A stretch of DNA of 64,000 nt, taken from assembly GCF_964194155.1 (NCBI RefSeq), contig NC_135901.1, positions 27,466,001-27,530,000 of the forward strand, read 5' to 3'. Both the position numbers and the translations under genes were made by a program. This document shows positions 11,701-23,980 of this stretch, piece after piece. Under the pieces are notes generated by a model, which was not told the DNA's origin, did not search any database, and worked only from the letters and a program-made list of their open reading frames with translations. How positions within the stretch are numbered: the first letter of the stretch is position 1; each line of letters begins with the position of its first letter. This DNA is from Cetorhinus maximus. Taxonomy: Eukaryota.

Positions 11701-14260
11701 AGGGTTATGTTTAGGGTTTTGGTTAGGTTTAGGGTTAGATTTAGGGTTATGGTTAAGTTTAGGGTTAGGTTTAGAGTTAGAGTTAGCCTTAGGGTTAGGT
11801 TAGGGTTATGGCTAGGTTTAGAATAATGGTTAGGGTTAGGTTTAGAATAATGGTTAGGTTTAGGGTTAGATTTAGGGCTATGGTTAGTTTTAGGGTTAGG
11901 GTTAGCTTTAAGGTTAGGTATAGGTTTAGAGTTAGGTTTAGGGTTCACTTAGGGTTAGGCTTAGAGTTATAGTTAGGTATATGGTTAGATTTAGGGCTAT
12001 GGTTAGGTTTAGGTTTAGATTTAGGGTTACGGTTAGGTTTGGGTTACAGTTAGGTGTAGGGTTACAAAGAACAAAGATAAAACAAAGAAAAGTACAGCAC
12101 AGGAACAGGCCCTTCGGCCCTCCAAGCCTGCACCGATCATATTGCCCATCAACTAAAACATTTTGCACTTCTGGGGTCCGTATCCCTCTATTCCCATCCT
12201 ATTCATGTATTTGTCAAGCTGCCTCTTAAACACCACTATCGTACTTGCTTCCACCGCCTCCTCTGGCAGCGAATTCCAGACAATCACTACCCTCTGTGTA
12301 AAAAACTTGCCCCACACATCAGCTTTATAGTTTTCTCCTCTCACCTTAATCTATGTCCCCTAGTAATTGACTCTTCCACCCTGGGAAAAAGCTTCTGACT
12401 ATCTACTCTGTCCACGCCACTCATAATTTTGTAAACTTCTATCAAGTCGCCCCTCAATCTCCGTCGCTCTAATGAGAACAATCCGAGTTTCTCCAACCTC
12501 TCCTCATAGCTAATAGCCTCCAGACCAGGCAGCATCCTGGTAAACCTCCTCTGCACCCTCTCCAATGCCTCCATATCCTTCTGGTAATGTGGTGACCAGA
12601 ATTGCATGCAATATTCCAAGTGTGGCCTAACCAAGGTTCTATACAGCTGCAGCATGACTTCCCAGCTTTTATACTCAATACCCCTGCCAATGAAGGCAAG
12701 CATGCCATATGCCTTCCTGACTACCTTATCCACCTGCGTTGCCACTTTCAGTGACCTGTGGACCTGTACACCCAGATCCGTCTGCCCGTCGATGCACTTA
12801 AGGGTTCTGCCATTTACTGCATAATTCCTGCCTGTATTAGACCTTCCAAAATGCATTACCTCACATTTGTCCGGATTAAACTCCATCTGCCATTTCTCCG
12901 CCCAAGTCTCCAACCGTTCTATATCCCATTGTATCCTTTGATAATCCTCTTCACTATCTGCAACTCCTCCAACCTTGGTTAGCAGGGTTAGGTTAGGGTT
13001 AGGTTTAGTGTTAGGATTTGGTTTAGGTTTAGGGTCAGCTTTTGGCTTCGGGTTAGGGTTAGGATTATGCCTAGCTTTAGGGTTATGGTTAGGGTTAGCG
13101 CTAGGTTTAGGGTGAAGGTTAGGTTTAGGGCTATGGTTTGGTTTAGGGCTAGGTTTAAGTTTAGTTTTAGTGTTATGGTTTGGGTTAGGATTTGGGTTAG
13201 GTTGAGGGTTTTGGTTAGATTTAGGGTTAGATTTAGCGTTATGGTTAGGTTTAGGTTTAGGTTTAGGGCTAGGTTTAAGTTTAGTTTTAGTGTTATGGTT
13301 TGGGTTAGGATTTGGGTTAGGTTGAGGGTTTTGGTTAGATTTAGGGTTAGATTTAGCGTTATGGTTAGGTTTAGGTTTAGGTTTAGGGCTAGGTTTAAGT
13401 TTAGTTTTAGTGTTATGGTTTGGGTTAGGATTTGGGTTAGGTTGAGGGTTTTGGTTAGATTTAGGGTTATATTTAGCGTTATGGTTAGGTTTAGGTTTAG
13501 GTTTAGGTTTAGGGCTAGGTTTAGGATTAGGTTAGGGTTAGGTTAGTGTTAGGTTAGGGTTAGGGTTTGGCTTAGAATAATGATTAGGTTTAGGGTTAGA
13601 TTTCGGGTTGTGGTTATTTTAGGGTTAGGTTTAGGGTTGTCTAGGTTTAGAGTTAGATTTAGGGCTAGGTTATGGTTAGGGTCAGATTTAGAGTTATGGT
13701 TAGGTTTAGGGTTAGATTTAGGGTTATGATTAGGTTTAGGGCTATGGTTAAGATTGGGTTACAGTTAGGTGTAGAGTTAGATTTAGGGCTTGGATAGGTT
13801 TAGGGTTAGGGTTAGATTTAGGGCTTGGATAGGTTTAGGGTTAGGGTTAGCTTTAGGTTTATGGTTAGGTTCAGAGTTAGGTTTAGGGTTATGGTTAGGT
13901 TTAATGTTAGATTTAGGGTTATGGTTAGATTTAGGGTTATGGTTAGGTTTGGGGTTAGCTTTAGAGTTGGGTTAGGGTTAGTGGTAGTTTTGACTTCATG
14001 GTTAGGTTTAGGGTTATTGTTATGTTTAGGGCTATAGTTAGGTCTAGGGTTAGGTTTAGGGTTATGGTTAGGTTTAGGGTTAGGTTTAGGTTCCGGGTTA
14101 GTTTTAAAGTTAGGTTAGGATTATGTTCAGGGTTATGGTTAGGTTTAGGGCTAGATTTAGGGTTATGGTTATGTTTAGGGCAAGGGTTAGCTTTAGGGTT
14201 AGGTTTCAGTTTAGGGTTAGCTTTAGGGCTATGGTTAGTTTTAGGGTTAGGTTTAGGTTG
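8749..14260 (+). repeat. Degenerate telomere-like satellite (TTAGGG/TTATGG/TTAGGT hexamers)
   Basis: 6-bp periodicity over ~4.6 kb excluding the CR1 insert, G-rich on +; dominant 18-mer TTAGGG-TTATGG-TTAGGT. Confidence 0.95.
12065..12978 (-). mobile_element. 5'-truncated CR1 LINE inserted in the telomere-like array
   Basis: ORF2 C-terminus WAEKWQMEFNPDKCEVMHFG...LVRPHLEYC..WSPHYQKD..LERVQRRFTRM...LERRRLRGDLIEVYKI; (TCTTTGT)-type tail at 12065-12090. Confidence 0.95.
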
Positions 14261-14774
14261 ATGCATAGGTTTTGGAGCGAGTGCTACATTCTCATCACTC
14301 TCTGGGTGAAGAAGTTTATTCTCTTAACCACCTTCTTGTCCCTTTTAACTGTTTCCCAGTTTCTCAGCTCGATCTGCTGATCCTGGAATGGGGAAAAGGA
14401 CAGAGAAAGGATGAGGCAACTGAGACTTCACATCACTTCCCCAAACACCAGGGCTCAGTCAGTCTCACACACTCGCCTCTGAGTCTGAAGGTCGTGGGTT
14501 CAAGTCCCCACTCCAGAGACTCGAGTCGCCCATAATCAAGGGCTGACACACATTCAGTCTTCAGCTGCCAGGTTCCGAAGCTCTGTATTTCCCTCCCTTA
14601 ACCTCTCCACTTATCTCTCGTCCTTTAAGATTTTGCTTAAAACTTACCTTTTCTCATTTCACTGATATCAAGGACTTGACAAACTGTGTGTTCAAAACAA
14701 AGCTGATTTATTTGATATTTATCTGGAATATTACAGGGTGTATTAACATCATCAGAACAGGCAAACACACGAGC

Positions 14775-16245
14775 AAAGAGCAGGAGGAGGCCATTCAGCC
14801 CCTCGAGCCTGCTCTGCCATTTAATAAGATCATGGCTGAACTGATAGTAACCTCAAATCTGCATCCTGCCTACCCTCAATAACCTATCGCCCTCTTGCTT
14901 ACCAAGAATCTATCCACCTCTGCCTTAAAAATATTCAGACTCTGGGCTGAATTTTGCCATCGGCGAGCAGGGGACGGGCCCGCTCGCCGACGCGTAAAAT
15001 GACGCGGATGACGTCGGGGGTCCTGCCCCATTTAAATTTTCAGGAAGGCGGCGGGCGCAGCAAAATCAGCTGCAGGCCCGCCCGCCTGTCAATGGCCAAT
15101 TGAGGCCATTAACAAGATCATTGAAGCAATTAAAGGACCTGCCCATCCAACCTTGTTGGTGAGCAGGCCAGGAGCCCCGGGAGACAATAGAAAAAACATG
15201 AAACCTCATCCACCGGCAGGATGAGGTTTCATGCAGGGTTTTAAAAAGTTTAATAAAGTTTTGGTGTAATTTATGAACATGTCCCATCTCATGTCACATT
15301 GTCACTTACATGAGGGGTCATGTTAAGGATTTTTTTTTCTATTTTTAATGTTTTTAAAAGTGTAAGCGATCTCCCTGAGGCAGCACTTAGCCTTAGGGTG
15401 ATGTGTGCTCTTTCGTGTACGTGCGTGAAAGAGTGCACTCTCGCTTTTGGGGAATCCCCACCCACCCGCACAGGGAGCGCATAGCGCTTCCCACCAGACA
15501 TCACGCTGGGCGGGCCTTAATTGGCCTGCCCACGTAAAGTGGCAGCGGTGCTCGCTTCTCCGGTGGTTATCGGCTTCCCGCCCGCCGGAGATTGGGTCGG
15601 GCCCACCCGCCCAGCAGGCAGAAACTTCTGATTCCACTGTCTTTTCAGGGAGAGAATTCCAAAGGTTTATGACCCTCTGAGAGAAAAAAATTCGCCTCAT
15701 CTCTGTTTTAAATGGGCAGCCCCTTATTTTAAAACGTTTTAATTTCTCTTTTAAGTGGAAACATCCTCTCCACATCCACCCTGTGAAGACCCCTCAGGGT
15801 CTTAAAGGTTTCAATCAAGTCGCTTCTTACTCTTCTAAACTCCAGCGGATACAAGCCCAGCCTGTCCAGCTTTTCCTCATAAGACAATCCACCCATTCCA
15901 GATATTAGCCTGGTAAATCTTCCCTGAACTGCTTCCAACACATTTACATCCTTCCTTAAATAAGGCGACCAATACAATCGACAGTACTCCAGATGCAGTC
16001 TCACTAGTGCTGTGTATAACTGAAGCATAACTTCCCTACTTTTGTATCAAATCCCCCTCACAATAAATGATAACATTCTATTAGCTTTCCTAATTATATG
16101 CTGTCCTTGCAAACTAGCCTTTTGCGATTCATGCACTAAGACACACAAATCCCTCTGTACGTCAGAGCTCTGCAACCTCTCATCATTTAGATAATATGCT
16201 TCTCTGACATTCTCCCTGCCAAAATGAACAATTTCAGATTTTCTC
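14775..16245 (-). mobile_element. CR1 LINE 3' fragment interrupted by a MITE
   Basis: LYTALVRLHLEYC..WSPYLRKD..LEAVQGRFTR; FFSQRVINLWNSLP; 3' tail near 14775-14830. Confidence 0.9.
14944..15630. mobile_element. Non-autonomous DNA transposon (MITE), possibly PIF/Harbinger-type
   Basis: Left end GGGCTGAATTTTGCC, degenerate inverted right end GGCAGAAACTTCTG, GC-rich quasi-palindromic arms around an AT-rich core; splits contiguous CR1 sequence. Confidence 0.6.
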
Positions 16246-16329
16246 ACAAACCCCAACTGTCAGAATGAACATGGTTCAGTACTGGATGTGATTAACAGCA
16301 GCAATAACAGCAGAATCCAGCCCCTGCAG

Positions 16330-17178
16330 TGAAACATGAACTCACTGGTGTGTCAGGAGATGGGACGAGCGAGTGAACTTTCAAACAGTCTTCCCCTGGT
16401 GTGAACTCACTGTTGTATCAACAGGCTGGAGGATTGGTTGAATTCCTTCCTACACATGGAACATTTAAATGCCTCTCCCCAGTGTGAATTCGCAGCTTGG
16501 CTGACTGAGTGAATCCCTTCCGAGTTGGATCAGGTGACTGGTCTCTGTCCGGTGTGAGCTCATTGATATGTTATCAAGCTCAATGAGTGAGTGAATCCCT
16601 TCCAACATTCAGAGAAGGTCAGTGGCCTCTCGTGGTGTCCCAGTAGGTGAGAGGAATCCTTGAACCTCTTCACACACTGGGAGTGAGCAAAGGGCCTCTC
16701 CACAGTGTGAACTAATTAGTGTCTAAGCACGGTGGATGAGCAAATGAATCCCTTCCCACACACAGAGCAGGTGAATGGCTTCTCCCCACTGTGACTGCAT
16801 GGTTGAGTTTCCAGCTTGGCTGCTTTCTCAAAGCCCCTCCCACTGCCAGGTTTAAATAGATCATCCCCTGTCGGGCTACAGTTGTCCATCACCAAGCTGG
16901 ATGACCAATTGAAGCCTCACACTGATAGCTGAAAACTTTTCATTGGATAGATAAACAAATAATTTCTCATTCAGCATTCAGAGGCTGATGATAGACTTGA
17001 AACGTCAACTGTGCTCCTCTCCACCGATGCTGCCAGACCTGCTGAGTTTTTCCAGGTATTTTTGTTTTTGTTTTTGTTCTGATGATAGTCATGGCCTGAT
17101 AAGTTGAGTGATGCTGTCAGATCTTGACATGATGTTTGGTTTGCGTTTCCGGTCTGCAAATCGTTCATACTAATGCAC
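16330..17178 (-). pseudogene. Highly decayed C2H2 zinc-finger gene on the divergent arm of the 17.4-17.9 kb promoter
   Basis: Residual [14 protein letters not shown] units, family 3'UTR at 16255-16330, acceptor ttttacag near 17179; contains a Penelope-end fragment at ~16990-17078. Confidence 0.75.
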
Positions 17179-17409
17179 TGTAAAATCAGATTACAAACAT
17201 ACTACAAAAGCAAAGGGTAGAAATCCAGAACTGTCGATTCCAGTTGTCATAGAACATCCTTCCTCCTTTCAAACAATAAATCTCTGTCCCGCACACGCTT
17301 CGTTCCTCCCTATTGATTGTAGCTCTAATTCATCCTACTATCCTCCTCCTGCTTTTTCCCCAATTCTCCTCCCCTGAAGGTGCTGACTCTCGGGTTCAGT
17401 TTCACACTC

Positions 17410-17870
17410 ATCTATTGCCCTCCCCAATATGTCACCCAGGTGTCTAAATCTTTACACCTGAAGTTAACAAACTGTTTTGCTAAGGGGACGTCACAATCAA
17501 ATCCAGTGCCTACCCACATGTACTTTGTGTCAGGGCGGGGTCACTGCGCCTCCCCCACCCCCACTTTCCATCCCAGTTCCAGGAGTTTGAAGACTGGGCT
17601 CCGGATGAGTAATGGCGGTCGCAGCTCCCACAATCCACCGCGCTGGGGAAACCGCTCTATCCGCCGCGCGGGCGGGCGGCCCGGGACTGCCCATGTCCGA
17701 GGGAGAGAGGAAGCTGCGCATGTGCGGGGAATTGCGATTTCCATTGGGCAACCGCTCGTTCGTATTGGGTCAAAGAGTCTCCGGCTTCGACGAAGGCTTC
17801 CGCTGCCCCATTGTCTTCAGGCGGGAGATTGACCAATGGGAAGAGTTGGAGGACCGGAAGAACTCTGGTC
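17410..17870. promoter_or_regulatory. Bidirectional promoter, inverted paralog of 7718-8284
   Basis: ZNF143/Staf-like GCTCCCACAATCCACCGCG at 17624-17642, YY1-like AATGGCGG, NRF1-like TGCGCATGTGCG, CCAAT plus CCGGAAG; plus-arm exon 1 deleted. Confidence 0.7.
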
Positions 17871-18801
17871 TCTTAAAGACATTGACATCCTTTGCTCCCT
17901 CAGCTTGACATTTATTTGTCTGGCTAAAAGGATGGTCTCTTTCCTAATGTTCACAATTAAAGGGCTGATTTCCCCAGGAGATGGCTGACATTTAAGGGGA
18001 CAGTAAATTAATATTGGACAAAGATATGTCTAGTGTTGTTATATGATACATATTTTATTATTCATGGTCATCTAAACTTCATTCATAATTATTTCTAGTC
18101 TTGTAATGTAGTAGTGTAGTTACATAATGTGCCTTCATTCATAGAGTCTTTGTGGCACAGAGGGAGTCCATTCAGCAACTTGAGCCAATGCTGACTCTCT
18201 GTGTAGAACAATACAACCAGTAATCAGTATCAAACAGAAAGCAGTGAGCATGATTCTGTCAGTCAGGATGAATCAGCAACTTCAGGAGAATTGGGAGGGG
18301 GGATTTAAGGTGAAGCAGTGTGAGAATGGAGGGTGAGTGTGGGTGGAGAGATTCACAACTTTTCGGCAATGACAGAAGGCAGAATTTTCCATGGAAACTA
18401 GAATTGTTGGTTCTAAAATGTTATCCTGTACTGACTTTGCAAACTCCTTTTACAGGATATCAGAAGGGGAGGATTTGCAGACAGAAATCTCAAATCAAAC
18501 ATCACGTCAAGATCTGACAGAGTCACACGGTTTAATGGGACCTGAATATTATCGGCCGTTGAATCTAGAAAAAGCAATGTTTGTCTGTTCTGTCTGCTTC
18601 AGAAGATTTTAAACATCAGTGTGACTGGACAAGCACCAAGACACACACACCCGAGTGACTGTTCCAGTGCACTGACTGTCAAGGAGCATCAACCAGGTAA
18701 ACAGACTGATTTGACATTGCAATGTAGAGAGACCGTAAAAGTGTTCTGATTGTGGATGAGGATTCAATTGATCGTCGAACCTGGAGAGACATGAGGACAC
18801 C

Positions 18802-19644
18802 ATGGAGAAACCGTGGGAATGTGGGGATTGTGGGAAGGGGTTCACATTCCCCTTGAAGCTGGAAATTCATCGGCGCAGTCACACTGGGGAGAGGCCGTTC
18901 ACCTGATCTGTGTGCGGGAAGGGATTCATTCAGTTATCGAACCTTCTGACACACCAGCCAGTTCACACCAGGGAGAGGCCATTCTCCTGCTCTGAGTGTT
19001 GGAAGGGATTCACTCGGTCATCCCACCTGCAGACACACCAGCGGGTTCACACCGGGGAGAGGCCATTCATCTGTTCAGAGTGTGGGAAGGGCTTCACTCA
19101 GCCATTCAACCTACTGACACATCAGCGAGTTCACACCAGAGAGACGCCATTCATCTGCTCTGAGTGTGGGAAGGGATTCAGTCAGTTATGCAGCCTGCAC
19201 ACACACCAGTGAACTCACACTGGGGAGAGACTGTTCACCTGCCCTGAGTGTGGGAAAGGATTCAGTGATTCATCTGCCCTGCAGAAGCACAAGCAAGTAC
19301 ACACTGGGGAGAAGCCATTCACCTGCTCTGAATGTGGGAAGGCATTCACTCAGTCATCTGACCTGCAGACACACAGGCAGGTTCACACCCGAGAGACACC
19401 ATTCTCCTGCTCTGAGTGTGGGGAGCAATTCACTCGGTTATGTAGCCTGCAGACACACCGGTGGGTTCACATGGGGCAGAGACTGTTTACCTGCTCTGAG
19501 TGTGGGAAGTGCTTCACTCAGTCATGCAGCCTGCTGAGACACCAGCGAGGCCACACTGGGGAGAAGCCATTTATCTGTTCTCTATGTAGGAAGGGATTCA
19601 TTCATTTATCCAGCCTGCTGAGACACCAGCAAGTTCACAAGTGA
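18802..19644 (+). pseudogene. C2H2 zinc-finger gene B (10 fingers, two nonsense codons)
   Basis: 843 nt = 10x28 codons + stop; in-frame TGA at 18904 and 19210; acceptor at 18455|18456; family 3'UTR follows. Confidence 0.88.
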
Positions 19645-19844
19645 TTCCAGGGGTTGGATGCTGCTGTTATTGCTCCTGTTATTCACATCCAGGACTGAAC
19701 CATGTTCATTCTGACACTTGGTGAATTGGGAGGGTCGGAGGGTTTCTTTCTTCTGGACTGGCCGGTCTCACGGCTTTGCTTCCAGTGGCTGATGCTCTTT
19801 GAGCCTGGGAGTGCACTTTTCCACTGAAATGATCCACAAAAGCA

Positions 19845-21800
19845 GATAAAGTACATTTATTTTATCCTGGATAGTAAATAGTGTTTTTCCTACCACTACA
19901 GGTAGATCTAAAATAAATATATTTGTCTCTGTTCTATTGAGCCTACAGCACAGGGCCAGGCCAGTCGGCTCAATTGGTCTCTGTCAGTATTTATGCTCCA
20001 CATGAGCCTCCACCCACCCCTCTTCATCTCCCCCCATCAGCATATCCTTCTATTCCTTTCTCCCTCATGTATGTATCTAACTTCCCCTTAAATGTATTCA
20101 TGCTATTCACCTCAACCACTCGCTGTGGTAGCGACTTCCACATTCTCACCACGCGCTGGGTAAAGAGGTTTCTCATGAAATCCCTATTGGATTATTGAAC
20201 CCCTTCATCATCTTAAAGACTCCATCAGGTCACCCTTCAGTCTTCTCTTTTCTAGAGAAAAGCAGCCCCAGCCTTTCCTGAGGGTTAAATACTCTCAGTT
20301 CTGGGATTATTCTTGTGAATGTTTGTTGCCCCTTCTCCAGTGCCTCTATTTCCTTTTACTAAATGGAAGTCACAAATGTTTACAGTGCTCCCAGTGTAGT
20401 CTAACCATGGTTCGAAACAAGTTGAACATAACCTCCTTGCTTTTCAATTCTATCCCTCGAGAATGGAACCCTATATCTGGGACCCACACTTTAGGAAAGA
20501 TGTGAAGTTCTAACGAGGGTGTAGAGGAGATTTACGAGAATGGCACCAGAGATGAGGGACTTCAGTTAGTTGGAGAGACTGGAGCAGCTGAATTTGTTCT
20601 TTTTAGATCACAGAGTCATTAGGGTAGAGGAGTCCATTCAGCCTATCGTGTTCATGCCGGCTCACTGCAGAGCAAACCAGTTAGTCCCATGGCCTCGTTC
20701 TATCCCTGTCCCCCTGAAAATTTATTTCCCTCAAGTGCCCATCCAATTTCCTTTTGAAACCGTTCACTGTCTCTGCTTCCACCCACCTCGCAGACAGCGA
20801 ATTCCCGGTCATCACCACTCACTGTGTAAAAACGTTCCTCCTCAAATCCCCCCATATCTTTTCATTTTCATTCTTTCATGGGGTGTGGGTGTCATTGGCT
20901 GGGCCAGCATTTATTGCCCATCCCTAATTGCCCTTGAGAAGGTGGTGTTGAGCTGCCTTCTTGAACCGCTGCAGTCCATGTGGTGTAGGTATACCCACAG
21001 TGCTGTTGGGGAGGAATTCCAGGATTTGACCCAGCGACAGTGAGGATATACCCAAAGTAATGTCGATATATCTGCTATACAAAACTTTAAATCTGTGTCC
21101 GCCTCGTCCTTGTACCATCAGCGAATGGGAACAGCTTTTCTTTGTCCAACTTATCTAAACCTGTCATAATCTTGTACACCTCTATCAAATCTCCCCTCAA
21201 CCTCCTTTGCTCCAAGGAGAACGACCCTAGCTTCTCCAACCTAACCTTGTGGTTAAAATCCCTCATCCCTGGAACCATTCTAGTAAATCTCCTCTCCACC
21301 CTCTCAGGGACCCTCACATCCTTCCTAAAATGTGGTGACCAGAACTGGAGTCAATACTCTAGTTGTGGCCTAACCAGAGTTTTATAAAGGTTCAGCAAAA
21401 CTTCCCTGCTTTTGTTCTCAGTCCCTCTATTTCTGAAGCCCAAGATCCCATGTGCTTTTCGAATTCCTCTCTCACTCTGCCGGCTTCAATGATCTCTGCA
21501 CATGAACCCCCAGGTCCCTCTATCCCTGCTCACTCTTTAGAACTGTTCTATTTCCATCTATATTTCCTCTCCCTATCCCCTCTGCCAAATCCCATCACCT
21601 CCCACTTCTCTGTATGAAATTCCATCTGCCACTTCAGAGAATGTTCAGGGGAAATTTAAGCGTTAAACATACAGAGAAGGCACTGCTTTCTTTAATATGT
21701 CACCCACAATTGAAGATGAGCCCCTCCCTTTAAATGCAGACGAGGCCCATAGAGCACAGAAGGAGGCCATTCGGCCCATCGTGCTCCTGCTGGCTCTTTG
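19845..21800. repeat. Segmental duplication (ZNF 3' flank with nested CR1 fragments); inverted copy at 34730-36661
   Basis: Near-identical translations 20570-21043(+) vs 35562-35930(-) and 21087-21317(-) vs 35182-35412(+). Confidence 0.9.
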
Positions 21801-22114
21801 AAAGAGCTGTCCAATTAATCCCATCGCCCTGCAATTTTCTTTTCCTTTCAAGAATCTGTCCCATTCCGTTCTAAAGGATACAGTTGAATTTGCTTCCAGC
21901 GCATTTTCAGGCAGTGAATTCCAAATCACAACAACTCGCTGTGATTTTTAAAACAATATATTCCGCATCTTGGATGTGATGTGTTTGGATTTTCAAAAAG
22001 TGTTTGGAAAGGTGTCAAACAGGAGGTTTATACACAAAATGAGCTCTCAATCTCTGTGAATGATTTCTCTGAGGGACCGAGTGTAATGTTCCAAGTTCGC
22101 TGACAATTAAACAA

Positions 22115-22580
22115 GGACTTGCATTTCTATAGCACCTTTCACGACCACAGGACGTCCCAAAGCACTTTACAGCCAATGAAGTACTTTTGAAATGTAGTCA
22201 CTGTTGTAATGTAGGAAACGCGGCAGCCAATTTACACACAGCAAGATCCCACAAACAGCAATGTGATCATGAGCAGATGATCTGTTTTTAGTGATGTTGA
22301 TTGGGGGATGGATATTGACCAGGACAATGGGGATAACTCCCCTGCTCTACTTCGAAATAGCATCCATGGGATCTTTCACATCCACCAGAAAGGGCAGACA
22401 GGGCTGGCAGTTTAATATCTCATTCGAAAGAAGGTTGCACTGACAGTACAGCACTCCCTCAGTGCTGGCACTGGGAATGTTGGCTTTGATTTTTGTCGTC
22501 AGGTCCCGGGAGTGGGACTTGATCCCACAGCCTCATGACCTAGAGATGAGAGTGTTACCCACTGAGCCACGGCTGAGACG
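22115..22580 (-). mobile_element. tRNA-derived DeuSINE/SacSINE1-like SINE
   Basis: Reverse-complement homolog of 628-1098 with head, central domain and tail. Confidence 0.8.
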
Positions 22581-22599
22581 ATAGGCAATACAAAGTTAG

Positions 22600-23980
22600 A
22601 AACGGAAAGTTACCCTTTGCCTCCAGTGTCTAAATCTAATAATAACAACCCCAGTATAAATAACAAGTGTTTGACTGACAAATATTGAAATGTTGGTTCA
22701 GAGCCACAAGCTTCGACTTCCCATTTGAGCCTCCAGCGCCTTTCTGTCTCTATTGCTGGTGTCAATGACAGCCAGGCGATGGAGCTGAGGGCTGAATTTA
22801 GCTGAGAATAACGGGGCCTGCGCCCCAGTTGGGAAACTGCAATGGGCGTCGCACTAATAGAGAGACAGGAAGGTGCTGGAGGACTGACTGGGAAATGGGC
22901 CTCCAACCAATCGGGGTGCAGGAGGGGGTGACCGGGGCTGATGGTGACTCAACCTCCAGGGTTCAGTGCCCCTGTATCCAAAGCGGGGAGTCACAGGAAC
23001 GGGGTACAGAGGAGCCGAAGAGAAACCATTTGGATCCAGAACATTGTGCACATCCTTTTACACTGGTTGTCTTTAATCCTCAAGTAATTTTCTGTTTGTT
23101 TTTTTAACCATGTTCAATTTCATTATCAGTAAAATTATTTGATTTTTCTGGACTCTTCATGATCAGATTTCTGCACTTTACGGAAAGTGGGTGAGAGGGG
23201 TTGGCAGGCTCTTTAACAGAAAGTGAGTCCCTCTAAGGTAATTGGCAAAGGAGCCAGAGGGGGAGATGAGATTTTATTTTTGACACAGTGATGTTAGGAA
23301 ATGGGGTTCAGGGAGTCAATTAACCCTTTATCCCCTTTTCCAAACTCTGAAATGATTCACAGTGATAACCCTTATTGATGACAGTGGTTAGATTTTATTC
23401 AGTATAAATAAGACCTGACACATGCTCATGTCTGAGCAGTAGTATCAAAGTGCAGCAGCATTACCATTACACTCTGGGTAGAAGCACCATCTCCATGTAA
23501 ATGCTCCCTGGTCTGCCCCAGATGCCATGGCACCAGTCAATGCAATATGTAAAACCTCTACAAATCTCTGTGCTCGGGGAATCCCTTCTGATACTTTTTT
23601 ACATCACAAAGTCGATGGAGACTGATTTAACCCAATCATTGCTGAGCTAACATTTGAACCAGACCAATTACAAAACCTGTCATTGAACCATCTGTACCTG
23701 CCCAAGCCACGTCAAACTCTCAAACAATTGGCTTCCCACGCTCCATCCCCGGTACAGGCAGTCAGCATTCCCATGCCAAGCAGTGACAACATGGTGGCCT
23801 TGACACCCAGGTGTCGTCTAGGATTCAAGGCACTCTTGTTTTCTCTGTCCTCTGGGAGCTGGTCATCTCCCTGTTCCCACATGACAAGTCATCTGTTCTC
23901 AGCCCTGCCAGAAGTCTGCTGAAGTTTGGCCCCTTTTACACCTTTCGGATCAATAAAACCTTTGGTGAATGAAGACCCAA
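22600..23980. repeat. Direct segmental duplication, copy at 42020-43420
   Basis: Paired ORFs 22610-22906 vs 42066-42557 and 23683-23922 vs 43125-43364 translate near-identically. Confidence 0.9.

Noticed and set aside
8760-14266. Long ORFs of VR/GL/LT/PN dipeptides (up to 483 aa)
   Set aside because: Expected from TTAGGG-like hexamers, which are stop-free in two frames per strand; no independent coding evidence
19645-19920. Conserved family 3'UTR as a SECIS element or C/D snoRNA explaining the conserved TGAs
   Set aside because: No convincing AUGA/AA/GA SECIS geometry or canonical C box found by eye; the TGAs do not replace Cys; a SECISearch/Infernal run would settle it
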